Shown here: one piece after another, positions 20,517 to 30,749 of the stretch
Position numbering within the stretch: position 1 is the stretch's first letter
How the letters are laid out: each line of letters opens with the position of its first letter
Assembly (NCBI GenBank): GCA_964594455.1
Contig: CAZQLY010000008.1
Span: forward strand, 42-64,041
Direction of reading: 5' to 3'
Length of the DNA: 64,000 bases
DNA from: an uncultured Gammaproteobacteria bacterium
Lineage (GTDB): Bacteria > Patescibacteriota > Patescibacteriia > JAHIZJ01
The notes under the pieces: generated by a model
Databases searched by the model: none
Seen by the model: only the letters and a program-made list of their open reading frames with translations
What the model was told of the DNA's origin: nothing
Translations under genes and position numbers: made by a program

Positions 20517-21788
20517 ATGACGAATAATTGGAGAATAGGTGTTGTTGGGTTGGGTTATGTTGGATTACCCCTGGCAGTCCAACTAAGTCGGCATTATTCG
20601 GTTGTTGGTTTCAATAGAAGTTTGGAGCGTGTTGAGTCCTTGCGCCGAAGACATGATCCTAACGAAGAAGTTTCAGATAATGAATTAGCTTCTGCTAAAA
20701 TTGAATATACCTGCGAGCCGGCTGATTTGAAGCAGTGTAATTTTATTATTGTGGCTGTACCGACCCCAATAGATCAAAATAATAAACCCGATTTAGAATT
20801 AGTTAGAAACGCTTCAGAGCTGGTCGGGAAGAACATGAGCAAGGGCGCTATCGTGGTCTATGAATCTACGGTTTATCCAGGAGTAACCGAAGATATCTGC
20901 CAGCAAATAATTGAAAAATTCTCAGGCTTAAAATGTGGTACAGATTGGAAGATAGGTTATAGTCCGGAGAGAGTTAATCCAGGAGATAAGAAGCATACGA
21001 TAGACAAAATTGTTAAAGTAGTTAGCGGCATGGATAAAGAAACCTGCGACGCTGTGGCCGAAGTATATGGATCTTTTACCAAAGTGCATAAAGCATCCAA
21101 CATTAAAACAGCTGAGGCGGCCAAAGTTATTGAGAATATTCAGAGGGATTTGAATATCGCGTTAATGAACGAACTATCGCTCATTTTTGAAAAATTGGGT
21201 ATTAAAACAAGAGATGTAATAGAAGCGGCTGCCACGAAATGGAATTTTCATTCTTATTGGCCCGGCCTGGTTGGCGGGCACTGTATTGGAGTAGATCCTT
21301 ATTATCTGACTTATCGAGCTCAGGAGCTGGGATATAATCCAGAAGTGATATTAGCCGGTCGTTCCATCAATGATCGGATGCCAAAAATAGTGGCTCAGAA
21401 AGTTATAAAAACCTGTCAGGTTAAAGGTATTCAGTCTCCTAAGGTGTACGTAATGGGTTTGACTTTTAAAGAAAACGTTAAAGACTTCCGTAACAGCAAG
21501 GCCAAGGCAGTGATAGAGGAGCTTAGGACCAATAAAGCTGAAGTTATTGGCTGGGATCCTTTGTTGGACGATGCTGTCGTAGAACGCGAATTCGGAATAA
21601 AGAATATCGTTTTTGATCAACTAGACCACGCTGATGCTATAATGGTATTAGCGCCACACGATGAATTCAAAGGTTTATCAGCTAAGCAAGTTGCCGAGAA
21701 GACGACTAATGGGGTATTATTCGATTTGCGGGGCATATATGACGAAAGGGCGCTTACGGATAAGGGCATTACATATCTTACCCTTTAA
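20517..21788 (+). CDS. Nucleotide-sugar dehydrogenase (UDP-glucose/GDP-mannose dehydrogenase family, TviB/WbpA-like)
   Basis: GVVGLGYVGLPLAVQL Rossmann motif and the catalytic Cys region GGHCIGVDPYYL. Confidence 0.85.
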   Translation: MTNNWRIGVVGLGYVGLPLAVQLSRHYSVVGFNRSLERVESLRRRHDPNEEVSDNELASAKIEYTCEPADLKQCNFIIVAVPTPIDQNNKPDLELVRNASELVGKNMSKGAIVVYESTVYPGVTEDICQQIIEKFSGLKCGTDWKIGYSPERVNPGDKKHTIDKIVKVVSGMDKETCDAVAEVYGSFTKVHKASNIKTAEAAKVIENIQRDLNIALMNELSLIFEKLGIKTRDVIEAAATKWNFHSYWPGLVGGHCIGVDPYYLTYRAQELGYNPEVILAGRSINDRMPKIVAQKVIKTCQVKGIQSPKVYVMGLTFKENVKDFRNSKAKAVIEELRTNKAEVIGWDPLLDDAVVEREFGIKNIVFDQLDHADAIMVLAPHDEFKGLSAKQVAEKTTNGVLFDLRGIYDERALTDKGITYLTL

Positions 21789-21797
21789 TATTGAAGC

Positions 21798-21830
21798 ATG
21801 AAATTTCTTATCACTGGCGGTGCCGGAGCC
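21798..21830 (+). pseudogene. Duplicated 5' fragment of rmlB (31-nt near-copy of the rmlB start), relic
   Basis: ATGAAATTTCTTATCACTGGCGGTGCCGGA at 21798 matches ATGAAGTTTTTAATCACTGGCGGTGCCGGA at 21883. It is followed by unrelated sequence and a stop. Confidence 0.5.
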
Positions 21831-21882
21831 TGTCTCGCGCCTCAGATAGCAAATAAAATAAATAATTATTAAAATTGAACAT

Positions 21883-22878
21883 ATGAAGTTTTTAATCACT
21901 GGCGGTGCCGGATTCATGGGTTCAAACTTTATTCGCTATTTACTTGATAACTATCCCGATTTTGAGATAGTGAATTTTGACAAACTGACTTATGCGGGAA
22001 ACCTGGAAAACTTAAAAGACGTCGAGGCCAATACCCGCTATGAGCTTGTTAAGGGTGACATAGCAGACGAAAAGGCAGTGGATCAAGTGATGCAGAAGGG
22101 GATTGATCAGATAATCAACTTCGCGGCCGAGACCCATGTTGATCGTTCCATTCATGGGGCTAAAAGCTTCATCTTGACAGATGTCGTGGGAACATATACT
22201 TTGCTGGAAGCTGCTAAAAAATATGATGTAAAGAAATATATCCAGATATCAACTGACGAAGTTTTTGGCTCTACTGACGAGGATGAGTTCTTTGAGACTA
22301 CGGCTTTTGAACCAAACAGTCCTTATTCAGCCTCTAAGGCCGGTGGTGACCATTTGGTTAGGGCGTATTGGAAGACTTATGACCTACCAACCATTGTTAC
22401 TCACAGCTGCAATTTTTATGGACCCTATCAATATCCAGAAAAGCTGATACCGCTGTTTGTTACAAATCTGATAGAAGGCAAGAAGATACCAGTTTATGGA
22501 GATGGTCAGAACATCCGAGAGTGGATATACGTGCCAGATTATTGTCGCGCTATTGATACTATTATTCAAAAGGGTGAAATCGGTGAGGTTTATAATATTG
22601 GCACTGGCTATCGTAAAACCAATATGGAAATTACCAAAACAATATTAGAGTTGATGAATAAAGGCGAAGACATGATTGAGTATGTTAAAGACAGGCCCGG
22701 TCACGATAGGCGATACGCTGTTAATTCTGACAAACTACGCCAGCTTGGTTGGCAACCAGACATTCCATTTGAACAGGGTATTAAAGAGACGATAGAATGG
22801 TACCAAGAGCATGAGGGCTGGTGGAAAAGGATAAAAAGTGGTGAATATTTGGAGTATTACAAAAAACAATACGGGTAA
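21883..22878 (+). CDS. rmlB: dTDP-glucose 4,6-dehydratase
   Basis: MKFLITGGAGFMGSNFIRYLL and the YSASKAGGDHLVRAY catalytic region. Confidence 0.9.
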   Translation: MKFLITGGAGFMGSNFIRYLLDNYPDFEIVNFDKLTYAGNLENLKDVEANTRYELVKGDIADEKAVDQVMQKGIDQIINFAAETHVDRSIHGAKSFILTDVVGTYTLLEAAKKYDVKKYIQISTDEVFGSTDEDEFFETTAFEPNSPYSASKAGGDHLVRAYWKTYDLPTIVTHSCNFYGPYQYPEKLIPLFVTNLIEGKKIPVYGDGQNIREWIYVPDYCRAIDTIIQKGEIGEVYNIGTGYRKTNMEITKTILELMNKGEDMIEYVKDRPGHDRRYAVNSDKLRQLGWQPDIPFEQGIKETIEWYQEHEGWWKRIKSGEYLEYYKKQYG

Positions 22879-22961
22879 ACTTTACTTGGGTGTAATAATA
22901 AGATAAAATAACGATACACTGGAAGGAATAATCACAATACCAAACCATTAATAGGGAATAA

Positions 22962-23786
22962 ATGAAATTATTAATAGTTGGAAGCAAAGGAATGCTGGGC
23001 TCAGCTCTAGCAAAAATCCTCAAAGATAATGAATTAGTACTTTGGGACTTGCCAGAGGTGGATATAACCAAAGAGGATATAGTTGATAGGATTGTGGCTG
23101 AGAATCCTGAAATAGTCATCAATGCTGCTGGATACACCGATGTTGACGGTTGCGAATCCAACAAAAAAGAAGCCAAAGCTGCAAATGTTGAAGGAGTGGA
23201 ATATTTAGCTGAGAGCTGTGAGCAGTTAAACACTCCATTAATCCATTTCAGTACGGATTATGTTTTTAAGGGTGACACAAAGGACGGTTACAAAGAGGAT
23301 GATGAGATTAATCCAATAAATAGTTACGGCAAGACAAAAGCCGAGGGTGAAAAGAAATTGAGAAAAATCACTGAAGCCCATTTTTTGATTAGGACCTCAG
23401 CCCTTTTTGGTCCTAATGGCAAAAATTTTGTTGATACCATGCTAGAGAAGGGGAAGTCGGGGGGGTCTATACAAGTTGTTAACGATCAGATGCTGAAGCC
23501 TACTTATACCTTTGATGTTGCTAAAAAAATAAAAGAACTGATTGATATGCAGCCAGAATACGGTATTTATCACATAGTCAATGAAGGCTCAGTCAGCTGG
23601 TACGATTTTGCTAAAAAAATATTCGAAATAGCAGACCTACAAGCCGACCTTACCCCAGTTTCTTCAAAGCAATACAAAACTCCCGCCAAAAGACCGACCA
23701 ACTCAACCTTGATTAATACAAAATTAAAACCGCTCCGACACTGGGCCGAAGCCTTGGAAGAATATATTAAGAATAAATCTAGCTAG
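22962..23786 (+). CDS. rmlD: dTDP-4-dehydrorhamnose reductase
   Basis: MKLLIVGSKGMLGSAL, RmlD-like length and motifs. Confidence 0.8.
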   Translation: MKLLIVGSKGMLGSALAKILKDNELVLWDLPEVDITKEDIVDRIVAENPEIVINAAGYTDVDGCESNKKEAKAANVEGVEYLAESCEQLNTPLIHFSTDYVFKGDTKDGYKEDDEINPINSYGKTKAEGEKKLRKITEAHFLIRTSALFGPNGKNFVDTMLEKGKSGGSIQVVNDQMLKPTYTFDVAKKIKELIDMQPEYGIYHIVNEGSVSWYDFAKKIFEIADLQADLTPVSSKQYKTPAKRPTNSTLINTKLKPLRHWAEALEEYIKNKSS

Positions 23787-25108
23787 CGCAGGGATCGTTG
23801 CCAGATCTGATTATCGCCAGTCCCCAGGTAGTAGATATGTTCTTGCTGATGATCAAGCTGAAACCAATCAGCGTAATTTTCTATAAGCGTTGTTTGGTGT
23901 CTAACGTTTGAAAATGCCTCTAAGGAAATGGCATTTATTTTATTATTCTGAGAAAAAAGCAAATACGGCCAAGAATCATACTGGACAACTTGTTCAATAG
24001 GCTGACTAACTCTAGTTAACACTGTCTGAGTATCGTTGTCGATATCCCAAAGCCAAATTTCAAAATTGTCATAGTATATAACTTCCGTTCCGGTATCCAG
24101 CCAAAATGCATCTCGGGCCGCTTTTTTTATACTAAATATTTTTGATTGAGGTTCGCTTGGTTCTATCAAGTATAAGTCATTGGATGCTTGGTCTATAATA
24201 ATCAAACTGTCTTTTTCTGATGCACTAAAACTATAGTATTCTGAATAGGGTAGTCGAGCTAAAATCTCGCTATTTTCTGGGTTATCGTTTAATAAGTAGA
24301 GATAGGTAGTGTTGGAATTTTGACTTATAAAGTACACCTGGTCATTTTCGTGATAGAATTTATCTATTTTATCTAGACCACAGACAGATTCTTTATTAGC
24401 AATTGATCCTCGGCAAATTTTTTCGTTTTGAATATACAACAGTGTATCGTAATTTAAAATGTCTATTTGAGTTATGTCTTGAGGAAGCCAGTCTAGTGCT
24501 GTTTCCGAATTGTTATTTAAGTTAATTAAAGCGATTTTTTCCCCCTCGGAGTTTTTATAAGAAACAATCAAACTATTGTCAGAGACCGGGCTTTCTATTT
24601 TGATATCGCTGAGGGTTTCCAAAATACTGCTTGTCTCCTGATTGATAACGTTTACTTTTTTTAAATATTCACCAGATTTATCTTGGGTAACTAAAATAAG
24701 ATTATCGCTGTTTGGAACTAGTTCTACTTGAACAATTTTTTCATTAACAACTAACTGGCTCGGTATGTCTCTAAAAAGAACGATGTCTAAGATGGTTGTC
24801 GCTTCGTTATCATTAATCTGAATATTATTTTGCCAGGGCAAATACCCATCTTTTTTTATTTCCACGTTGTATTCACCAGGCAGGAGATTCGAGATTATTC
24901 TTGGGGTCTTCTTGTTGGTATCTTCGCCGTTGATAAATATAGAACCACTTTTTGGAATACTGGATAAGTTCATTACCCCTGTCCGGATTAGTCTTTTTCT
25001 GGCCCAATCATAACGATACCCGGCGGTATGGATCAAAAGCAGGGGAGCGATAACCAAGAAGATGAGGATAAAAGTAATATATAGTATGCGACGTGTCCGT
25101 CGAGTCAT
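23783..25108 (-). CDS. Membrane-anchored PEGA-domain protein with a C-terminal repeat/beta-rich domain
   Basis: N-terminal TM. The PEGA-like stretch is SIFINGEDTNKKTPRIISNLLPGEYNVEIKKDGYLPW. Confidence 0.55.
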   Translation of the reverse strand: MTRRTRRILYITFILIFLVIAPLLLIHTAGYRYDWARKRLIRTGVMNLSSIPKSGSIFINGEDTNKKTPRIISNLLPGEYNVEIKKDGYLPWQNNIQINDNEATTILDIVLFRDIPSQLVVNEKIVQVELVPNSDNLILVTQDKSGEYLKKVNVINQETSSILETLSDIKIESPVSDNSLIVSYKNSEGEKIALINLNNNSETALDWLPQDITQIDILNYDTLLYIQNEKICRGSIANKESVCGLDKIDKFYHENDQVYFISQNSNTTYLYLLNDNPENSEILARLPYSEYYSFSASEKDSLIIIDQASNDLYLIEPSEPQSKIFSIKKAARDAFWLDTGTEVIYYDNFEIWLWDIDNDTQTVLTRVSQPIEQVVQYDSWPYLLFSQNNKINAISLEAFSNVRHQTTLIENYADWFQLDHQQEHIYYLGTGDNQIWQRSLR

Positions 25109-25194
25109 TTTGACCTTTTTTTAATTTACAGTTACAATCTAGTAAGAAAATACCTAATTATTCTAACATAACTATTCTTTCAGGCAATGGCCTT

Positions 25195-26460
25195 ATGGAA
25201 AGATTCATTGTTGAAGGTGGGCAAGAGTTATCAGGTGAGATAACTGTCAATGGAGCAAAGAACTCTGCTCTAAAGATAATTGCCTCGACAATTTTAACCG
25301 ATGAGACGTGCAGGATAGAGAATGTTCCCGATATTGCTGATATTGTGGCACTGCTTGAGATATTGAAGGATATTGGCGCTGATGTCAAACAAGTGGACAG
25401 CCATATCTATGAGATAAACTGCTCAGGTATATCGAGCCCAGTTCTCAATCCGGAGCTGGTTAAGAAGCTGAGAGCTTCAGTGGTTTTGTTGGGACCGCTC
25501 CTGGCGCGATTTGGTGAGGTGAAATTTCCCCATCCAGGGGGCTGTGTTATCGGCCAACGCCCGATAGACATCTTTATAGATGGATTGAAGGCACTAGAAG
25601 CAGAAGTCTCAGAGCATCCGGAGTATTACCATTTCAAGGCCAAAAAACTTCAGGGAACTACGTTTGTTTTTCCTAGAATTAGCGTAACAGCAACTGAAAC
25701 ATTAATTCTGGCAGCTTCTTTAGCCCGGGGTACTACGATTTTAAAATTTGCTGCCTGTGAACCAGAGATTGAATATATGATACAATATTTGAACCAGCGA
25801 GGAGCTCGTATCAGCGGAGGTGGTACCCATACCGTGACAATAGAAGGAGTTGAGGCGATACAGGGTGGTCAGACCAAAATTATCCCGGATCGTTTAGAAA
25901 CCGGAACTTTTGCTATCCTAGGAGCCTTGGCTGGGAAAGAGATTGTGATAAAAGATTGTGAACCCAAACACCTGGAAGTGCCTTGGAAGATTTTTCTGCA
26001 GGCTGGTATGAAGTTTGAGCTGGGGGAAGACACGGTGAAAATATTTCGTTCCCCACAACTAAAAGCTACTAATCTAATCACTCATGAGTATCCAGGGTTT
26101 GTCACTGATCTTCAGGCTCCTTTCACCGTATTAATGACTCAAGCACAAGGAATGAGCCTTATCCATGAGACTGTCTATGAGGCTCGGCTTTTCTATATCG
26201 ATAAGCTTAACAAAATGGGGGCTAATATAATCATGTGTGATCCTCATAGGGTGGTGGTACAGGGTCCCACTCAGCTCAAGGGAGGAAAACTAGAAAGCCC
26301 GGACATCCGAGCCGGGATTGCTTTAGTGATAGCGGCTTTGATCGCTGAAGGCAAGAGCATAATCGAGAATATATATCAAGTTGACCGCGGTTATGAGGCA
26401 ATTGATAAGCGCTTACAAGCCTTGGGAGCTAAAATCGAAAGGGTAGTAATAAATGAATAA
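25195..26460 (+). CDS. murA: UDP-N-acetylglucosamine 1-carboxyvinyltransferase
   Basis: EPSP-synthase fold with the active-site Cys loop HPGGCVIGQRPIDI. Confidence 0.9.
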   Translation: MERFIVEGGQELSGEITVNGAKNSALKIIASTILTDETCRIENVPDIADIVALLEILKDIGADVKQVDSHIYEINCSGISSPVLNPELVKKLRASVVLLGPLLARFGEVKFPHPGGCVIGQRPIDIFIDGLKALEAEVSEHPEYYHFKAKKLQGTTFVFPRISVTATETLILAASLARGTTILKFAACEPEIEYMIQYLNQRGARISGGGTHTVTIEGVEAIQGGQTKIIPDRLETGTFAILGALAGKEIVIKDCEPKHLEVPWKIFLQAGMKFELGEDTVKIFRSPQLKATNLITHEYPGFVTDLQAPFTVLMTQAQGMSLIHETVYEARLFYIDKLNKMGANIIMCDPHRVVVQGPTQLKGGKLESPDIRAGIALVIAALIAEGKSIIENIYQVDRGYEAIDKRLQALGAKIERVVINE

Positions 26461-27706
26461 CATATCGGCTCAGCCTAAGGGCGGCTCGTCAAAGATTTTT
26501 TTAAGGTTACTGATTTGGTATTTAGGACTGTCTGCCTTGGTGCTGACATTTTTTGTTGGTTATTTTATGGGTAGTTCTGGTGCTCGCACCGGTTCTGGTA
26601 TCAAAATTTTAACTGATATTGTGGATGAAGCCCCATCAGTAGTTAAAAATCAAGATTTAGATTACGGACTTTACTGGGATGTTTGGAAATATATGGCGGA
26701 TGAGTACATTGGCCAGCCTATAGATGAAAAAGCGGCTTTTTATGGCTCCCTCAAAGGCATGGTTGCTTCACTAAATGATCCTTATTCTATTTTTCTAGAT
26801 CCAGAGGAATCGCGCGAGTTTGATATAGAAATCAGCGGACAGTTTGAGGGAGTGGGCGCTGAGATAGGGATTAAAGATGAACAGCTGGTAGTGATCTCTC
26901 CTCTGAGTGGCTCTCCGGCGGAAAAAGCAGGTTTGAAAGCGGGAGATGCAATTATAAAGATTGATGATTTAGACACTAGTGGATTGTCAGTTGATCAGGC
27001 AGTTCAATATATCCGGGGAGAAAAGGGGACAACTGTAAATTTATACGTATTGCATGAAGATGAATCAGAGCCTGTAACGGTTTCCATAGTTAGGGATACT
27101 ATTAATACAATCAGTGTCGATTGGGAAATGTTGGATGATGATATAGCCTATCTTAATGTAGCCAGCTTCTCTACTGATACAATAACTCAATTATCACCGA
27201 CAATTAACGAAATGTTATTGAAACAGCCCCAGGGTTTAATACTCGATTTACGAGGTAATCCCGGAGGCTATCTAGATGTAGCTGTTGAAGTGGCGGGGGA
27301 GTTCATTATTGATGATGTGGTAGTTATTGAGGAATTCAGTAATGGTCGTCAGCAATCCTACAAAGCTGATGGCCAGCATCGTTTGTACGGTATACCGACA
27401 GTAGTATTAGTCGGCCCTGGTACAGCTTCGGCTGCAGAGATATTAGCGGGCGCTTTGCAGGATTATAATCTAGCTACTTTAGTGGGTGAAACCACTTTTG
27501 GAAAAGGCCTAGTACAAGATTATACCGAGTTTGATGATGGGTCGAGTTTGAAGATAAGCGTGGCCAAATGGTTGACCCCAAATAGCCGCTCGATACACGA
27601 AACGGGCATAACTCCTGATATTATGGTAGAATACGAATATGAGGATTATCAAGCTGGTATAGATCCCCAGCTGGATAGGGCTCTAGAAGTATTAAATTCT
27701 GAATAA
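26453..27706 (+). CDS. ctpA: Carboxyl-terminal processing protease (S41 family) with PDZ domain
   Basis: N-terminal TM, PDZ region, catalytic-region motifs LDLRGNPGG and TFGKGLVQ. Confidence 0.85.
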   Translation: MNNISAQPKGGSSKIFLRLLIWYLGLSALVLTFFVGYFMGSSGARTGSGIKILTDIVDEAPSVVKNQDLDYGLYWDVWKYMADEYIGQPIDEKAAFYGSLKGMVASLNDPYSIFLDPEESREFDIEISGQFEGVGAEIGIKDEQLVVISPLSGSPAEKAGLKAGDAIIKIDDLDTSGLSVDQAVQYIRGEKGTTVNLYVLHEDESEPVTVSIVRDTINTISVDWEMLDDDIAYLNVASFSTDTITQLSPTINEMLLKQPQGLILDLRGNPGGYLDVAVEVAGEFIIDDVVVIEEFSNGRQQSYKADGQHRLYGIPTVVLVGPGTASAAEILAGALQDYNLATLVGETTFGKGLVQDYTEFDDGSSLKISVAKWLTPNSRSIHETGITPDIMVEYEYEDYQAGIDPQLDRALEVLNSE

Positions 27707-27981
27707 TGAAACAGAAATTGAATTTAACAATCCATGGCGTAGTCCAGGGTGTTAATCTGCGATCCATGATAAAGGTACAAGCCTTAACGCTGGGGTTGGC
27801 AGGGTTTGTAACTAATCAAGCTGATGGAACCGTGATTGTAGAAGCGGAAGGAGAAAAAGAAAAAATGGAAGAATTAATCAAATGGCTTAATACTAAACCA
27901 GGCAATTGTCAGATTTATCGGATGGAAGATGTTTGGGATGAGGCCACTGATCAATATGAAGATTTCGTTATTAAATACTAA
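27706..27981 (+). CDS. acyP: Acylphosphatase
   Basis: HGVVQGVNLRSMIKVQALTLGLAGFVTNQADGTV signature. Confidence 0.75.
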   Translation: MKQKLNLTIHGVVQGVNLRSMIKVQALTLGLAGFVTNQADGTVIVEAEGEKEKMEELIKWLNTKPGNCQIYRMEDVWDEATDQYEDFVIKY

Positions 27982-27994
27982 AGTTGAGTGATCT

Positions 27995-28447
27995 GTGAAA
28001 GTAATATTAATAAAAAACGTTGATAGTCTAGGGAAAGCCGGTCAAGTCAAAAATGTTTCTGACGGATATGCCAGGAATTACCTGCTACCCAAAGGCCTGG
28101 TCCAGCCGGCAACAGAGGCTAATGTTAAGAACGCCGAAGTGTTAAACAAAAAAACACAGACCGTCGAAGGCAAAAAGGCTAAGGCGCAGAAATCAGCCCT
28201 GTCGCATATTAAAGGCCTGATAGTAACAATTAAGGCCAAGGCTACACCTGAGGGAAAGTTATTTGCTGGAATAGATGCTCAGCGGATAGTAGATGAGCTA
28301 AGGCAATTAGTTGATTTTAACTTTCCGGTTGGGGGAGTAATGTTAGACAAACCAATTAAACAAACTGGACAGTATAAAGTAGATGTACAAACTGGTGAAA
28401 ATAAAGAAACCATAGAATTAAATATTATTAACGAGAATGAAAAATAG
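27995..28447 (+). CDS. rplI: 50S ribosomal protein L9 (GTG start)
   Basis: MKVILIKNVDSLGKAGQVKNVSDGYARNYLLPKGL. Confidence 0.9.
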   Translation: MKVILIKNVDSLGKAGQVKNVSDGYARNYLLPKGLVQPATEANVKNAEVLNKKTQTVEGKKAKAQKSALSHIKGLIVTIKAKATPEGKLFAGIDAQRIVDELRQLVDFNFPVGGVMLDKPIKQTGQYKVDVQTGENKETIELNIINENEK

Positions 28448-30071
28448 GAAGTATATTTTTGTAATCGGTGGTGTGCTTTCCGGTCTGGGTAAAGGCATCG
28501 CAGTATCATCCATTGGTTTATTGCTTAAGAACCGTGGGTTTAACGTTACGGCTTTAAAAATTGACCCTTACGTAAATGTTGATGCGGGCACCATGAACCC
28601 AACAGAGCATGGGGAGGTTTTTGTTACTAAAGATGGTCTGGAGACTGACCAGGATATTGGAAATTATGAAAGATTCCTCAATACCGACCTGACTCGCGAT
28701 AATTATATGACTACTGGAGCGGTTTATCTGTCAGTAATACAGAAAGAGCGCAATTTAGAATATAAGGGACGCTGTGTGGAAGTGGTACCGCATATTCCAG
28801 AAGAAGTTATTCGGCGCATTCAAACAGCTTGTCGGAAGACTAAGTCCGATGTTGTCCTGATTGAGATAGGCGGCACAGTCGGGGAATATCAGAATTTGCT
28901 TTTCTTAGAAGCGGCCAGGATGATGCGTTTGCATGAGCCTGATAACGTACTTTTTGTTTTAGTCAGCTATTTGCCTATTCCGTCCAAGATTGGAGAGATG
29001 AAGACGAAACCAACCCAGTATGCGGTTCGAACATTGAATTCTGCAGGTATCCAGCCGGACTTCTTGCTCTGCCGGGCTGAAAAGCCGTTAGATAAACCGC
29101 GTCGAGAGAAACTGGCGGTATTTTGTAACATGTCACCCGATAGCGTGATGACCGCCATGGATGTTGATAACATCTACAAAGTGCCTTTGAATCTTGATAA
29201 AGAAAATCTCACTCGAAGAATAATGCAAAAGTTGAGTTTGCAGCAGAAGACAAACCGACTACCAAACTGGCGCAAATTGGTAACCAAAATGACTCAGGCT
29301 AAAGGTGAGATCAAAATTGGCATTGTAGGCAAGTATTTCGCTACTGGGAATTTTACATTGGCTGATTCCTATATTTCAGTTATTGAAGCCTTAAAGCATG
29401 CTGCTTGGTCTGAGGGGCTGAAGCCAAGATTAGAATGGATCAATTCTGAGGATTACGAAAAGCGTAAAACATCAGTTGAAGAGCTCAAACGATATGATGG
29501 AATCATAGTACCGCAGGGCTGGGGGCATCGAGGATCAGAAGGAAAAATAGCCGCGATTAAATATTTGCGTGAAAACAATATTCCTTACTTAGGTTTATGC
29601 TATGGTATGCAAATGGCGGTTATTGAATTTGCCAGAAATGTAGCAAAATTGTCTCGGGCTAACTCCAGGGAGATAGATCCAAAGACTCCTCATCCCGTTA
29701 TACACATTATGCCTGAGCAAGAAGAGTATTTAGTTAAAAAACAATATGGCGGTACGATCAGATTAGGAAATTGGCCCTGTAAACTGACTCCAAAAACTAG
29801 GACAGCTCAGGTCTATGGTCCTAGCGTTAAGATTGTTCAAGAACGTCATAGACACCGCTATGAATTTAATAATGATTATCGTAAGAAACTAGAATCTAAA
29901 GGTTTGGTAATATCCGGCACTTCTCCCGACGGTAAGCTAGTAGAAGCCATAGAAATTACAGATCATCCATTCTTTGTCGGCACACAATTCCACCCAGAGT
30001 ATCGATCCCGACCCGAAGATCCACACCCACTTTTTGTAGGATTTGTTAAAGCGTCTGCTCAAAAACCATAG
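28437..30071 (+). CDS. pyrG: CTP synthase
   Basis: YIFVIGGVLSGLGKGIAVSSIG N-terminus and the C-terminal GATase domain with GLCYGMQ. Confidence 0.95.
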   Translation: MKNRKYIFVIGGVLSGLGKGIAVSSIGLLLKNRGFNVTALKIDPYVNVDAGTMNPTEHGEVFVTKDGLETDQDIGNYERFLNTDLTRDNYMTTGAVYLSVIQKERNLEYKGRCVEVVPHIPEEVIRRIQTACRKTKSDVVLIEIGGTVGEYQNLLFLEAARMMRLHEPDNVLFVLVSYLPIPSKIGEMKTKPTQYAVRTLNSAGIQPDFLLCRAEKPLDKPRREKLAVFCNMSPDSVMTAMDVDNIYKVPLNLDKENLTRRIMQKLSLQQKTNRLPNWRKLVTKMTQAKGEIKIGIVGKYFATGNFTLADSYISVIEALKHAAWSEGLKPRLEWINSEDYEKRKTSVEELKRYDGIIVPQGWGHRGSEGKIAAIKYLRENNIPYLGLCYGMQMAVIEFARNVAKLSRANSREIDPKTPHPVIHIMPEQEEYLVKKQYGGTIRLGNWPCKLTPKTRTAQVYGPSVKIVQERHRHRYEFNNDYRKKLESKGLVISGTSPDGKLVEAIEITDHPFFVGTQFHPEYRSRPEDPHPLFVGFVKASAQKP

Positions 30072-30082
30072 TTGTTGAATAC

Positions 30083-30117
30083 AAAAAAACCGCCCATTAG
30101 GCGGTTTTTGTTTTTGT
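30083..30117. terminator. Bidirectional rho-independent terminator between pyrG (+) and rpmA (-)
   Basis: AAAAAAACCGCCCATTAGGCGGTTTTTGTTTTTG: GC stem CCGCC/GGCGG flanked by an A-run and a T-run. Confidence 0.8.
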
Positions 30118-30124
30118 CGCAGAA

Positions 30125-30406
30125 TTATTTTTCCGAAACTACATTGACGAAAATTGCTTTCTTCAAATTACCGTCAAATCTTTTTCGCTTCTTTTCTGTG
30201 AATTGTACCACCCCATTAGCTAAGGCCATGATGGTGTCATCACCGGTTTTCTTAACGTTTATTCCTGGATGGTATTTGGTGCCTCGCTGACGAACGATAA
30301 CATTACCCTTGCGAGCTATCTGTCCGCCAAAAAGCTTTATGCCCAGTCTTTTGCTTTGTGAATCGCGGCCGAGACTAGTAGAACCGCCTGATTTCGTGTG
30401 TGCCAT
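30125..30406 (-). CDS. rpmA: 50S ribosomal protein L27
   Basis: MAHTKSGGSTSLGRDSQSKRLGIKLFGGQ. Confidence 0.95.
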   Translation of the reverse strand: MAHTKSGGSTSLGRDSQSKRLGIKLFGGQIARKGNVIVRQRGTKYHPGINVKKTGDDTIMALANGVVQFTEKKRKRFDGNLKKAIFVNVVSEK

Positions 30407-30446
30407 GATTTAGAAAATAAATATTTCAAGTATTCGTAGTCTAACC

Positions 30447-30737
30447 CTATTCAAAAGGACTGTCAAGGTCAACCGTGGAAAAAGGATCGCGTTTTAACAC
30501 TTTTGATTCAGAAGATTGCGTTTTTTGTTCGTGGAAATCCTGAACCTGGTCTATGATTTTTTCGTTGACTTTTAATTGACGGGCTGAAACCTGATTTTGC
30601 TCTATCGCTGGGGGATTTAGAACAGCCTCATTATATACTCGGAACTGCTGATAGCCGATCCAAAGAATAAACAGAATGCTAAGCAGCCAGATTATTTTTA
30701 TAGTGTATTTTTTTAAGGGTTCGTATGAGAATTTCAT
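30447..30737 (-). CDS. Hypothetical single-TM protein downstream of the pilMNO genes
   Basis: 96 aa with an N-terminal hydrophobic helix. Confidence 0.4.
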   Translation of the reverse strand: MKFSYEPLKKYTIKIIWLLSILFILWIGYQQFRVYNEAVLNPPAIEQNQVSARQLKVNEKIIDQVQDFHEQKTQSSESKVLKRDPFSTVDLDSPFE

Positions 30738-30749
30738 AAATGTTAGTTA

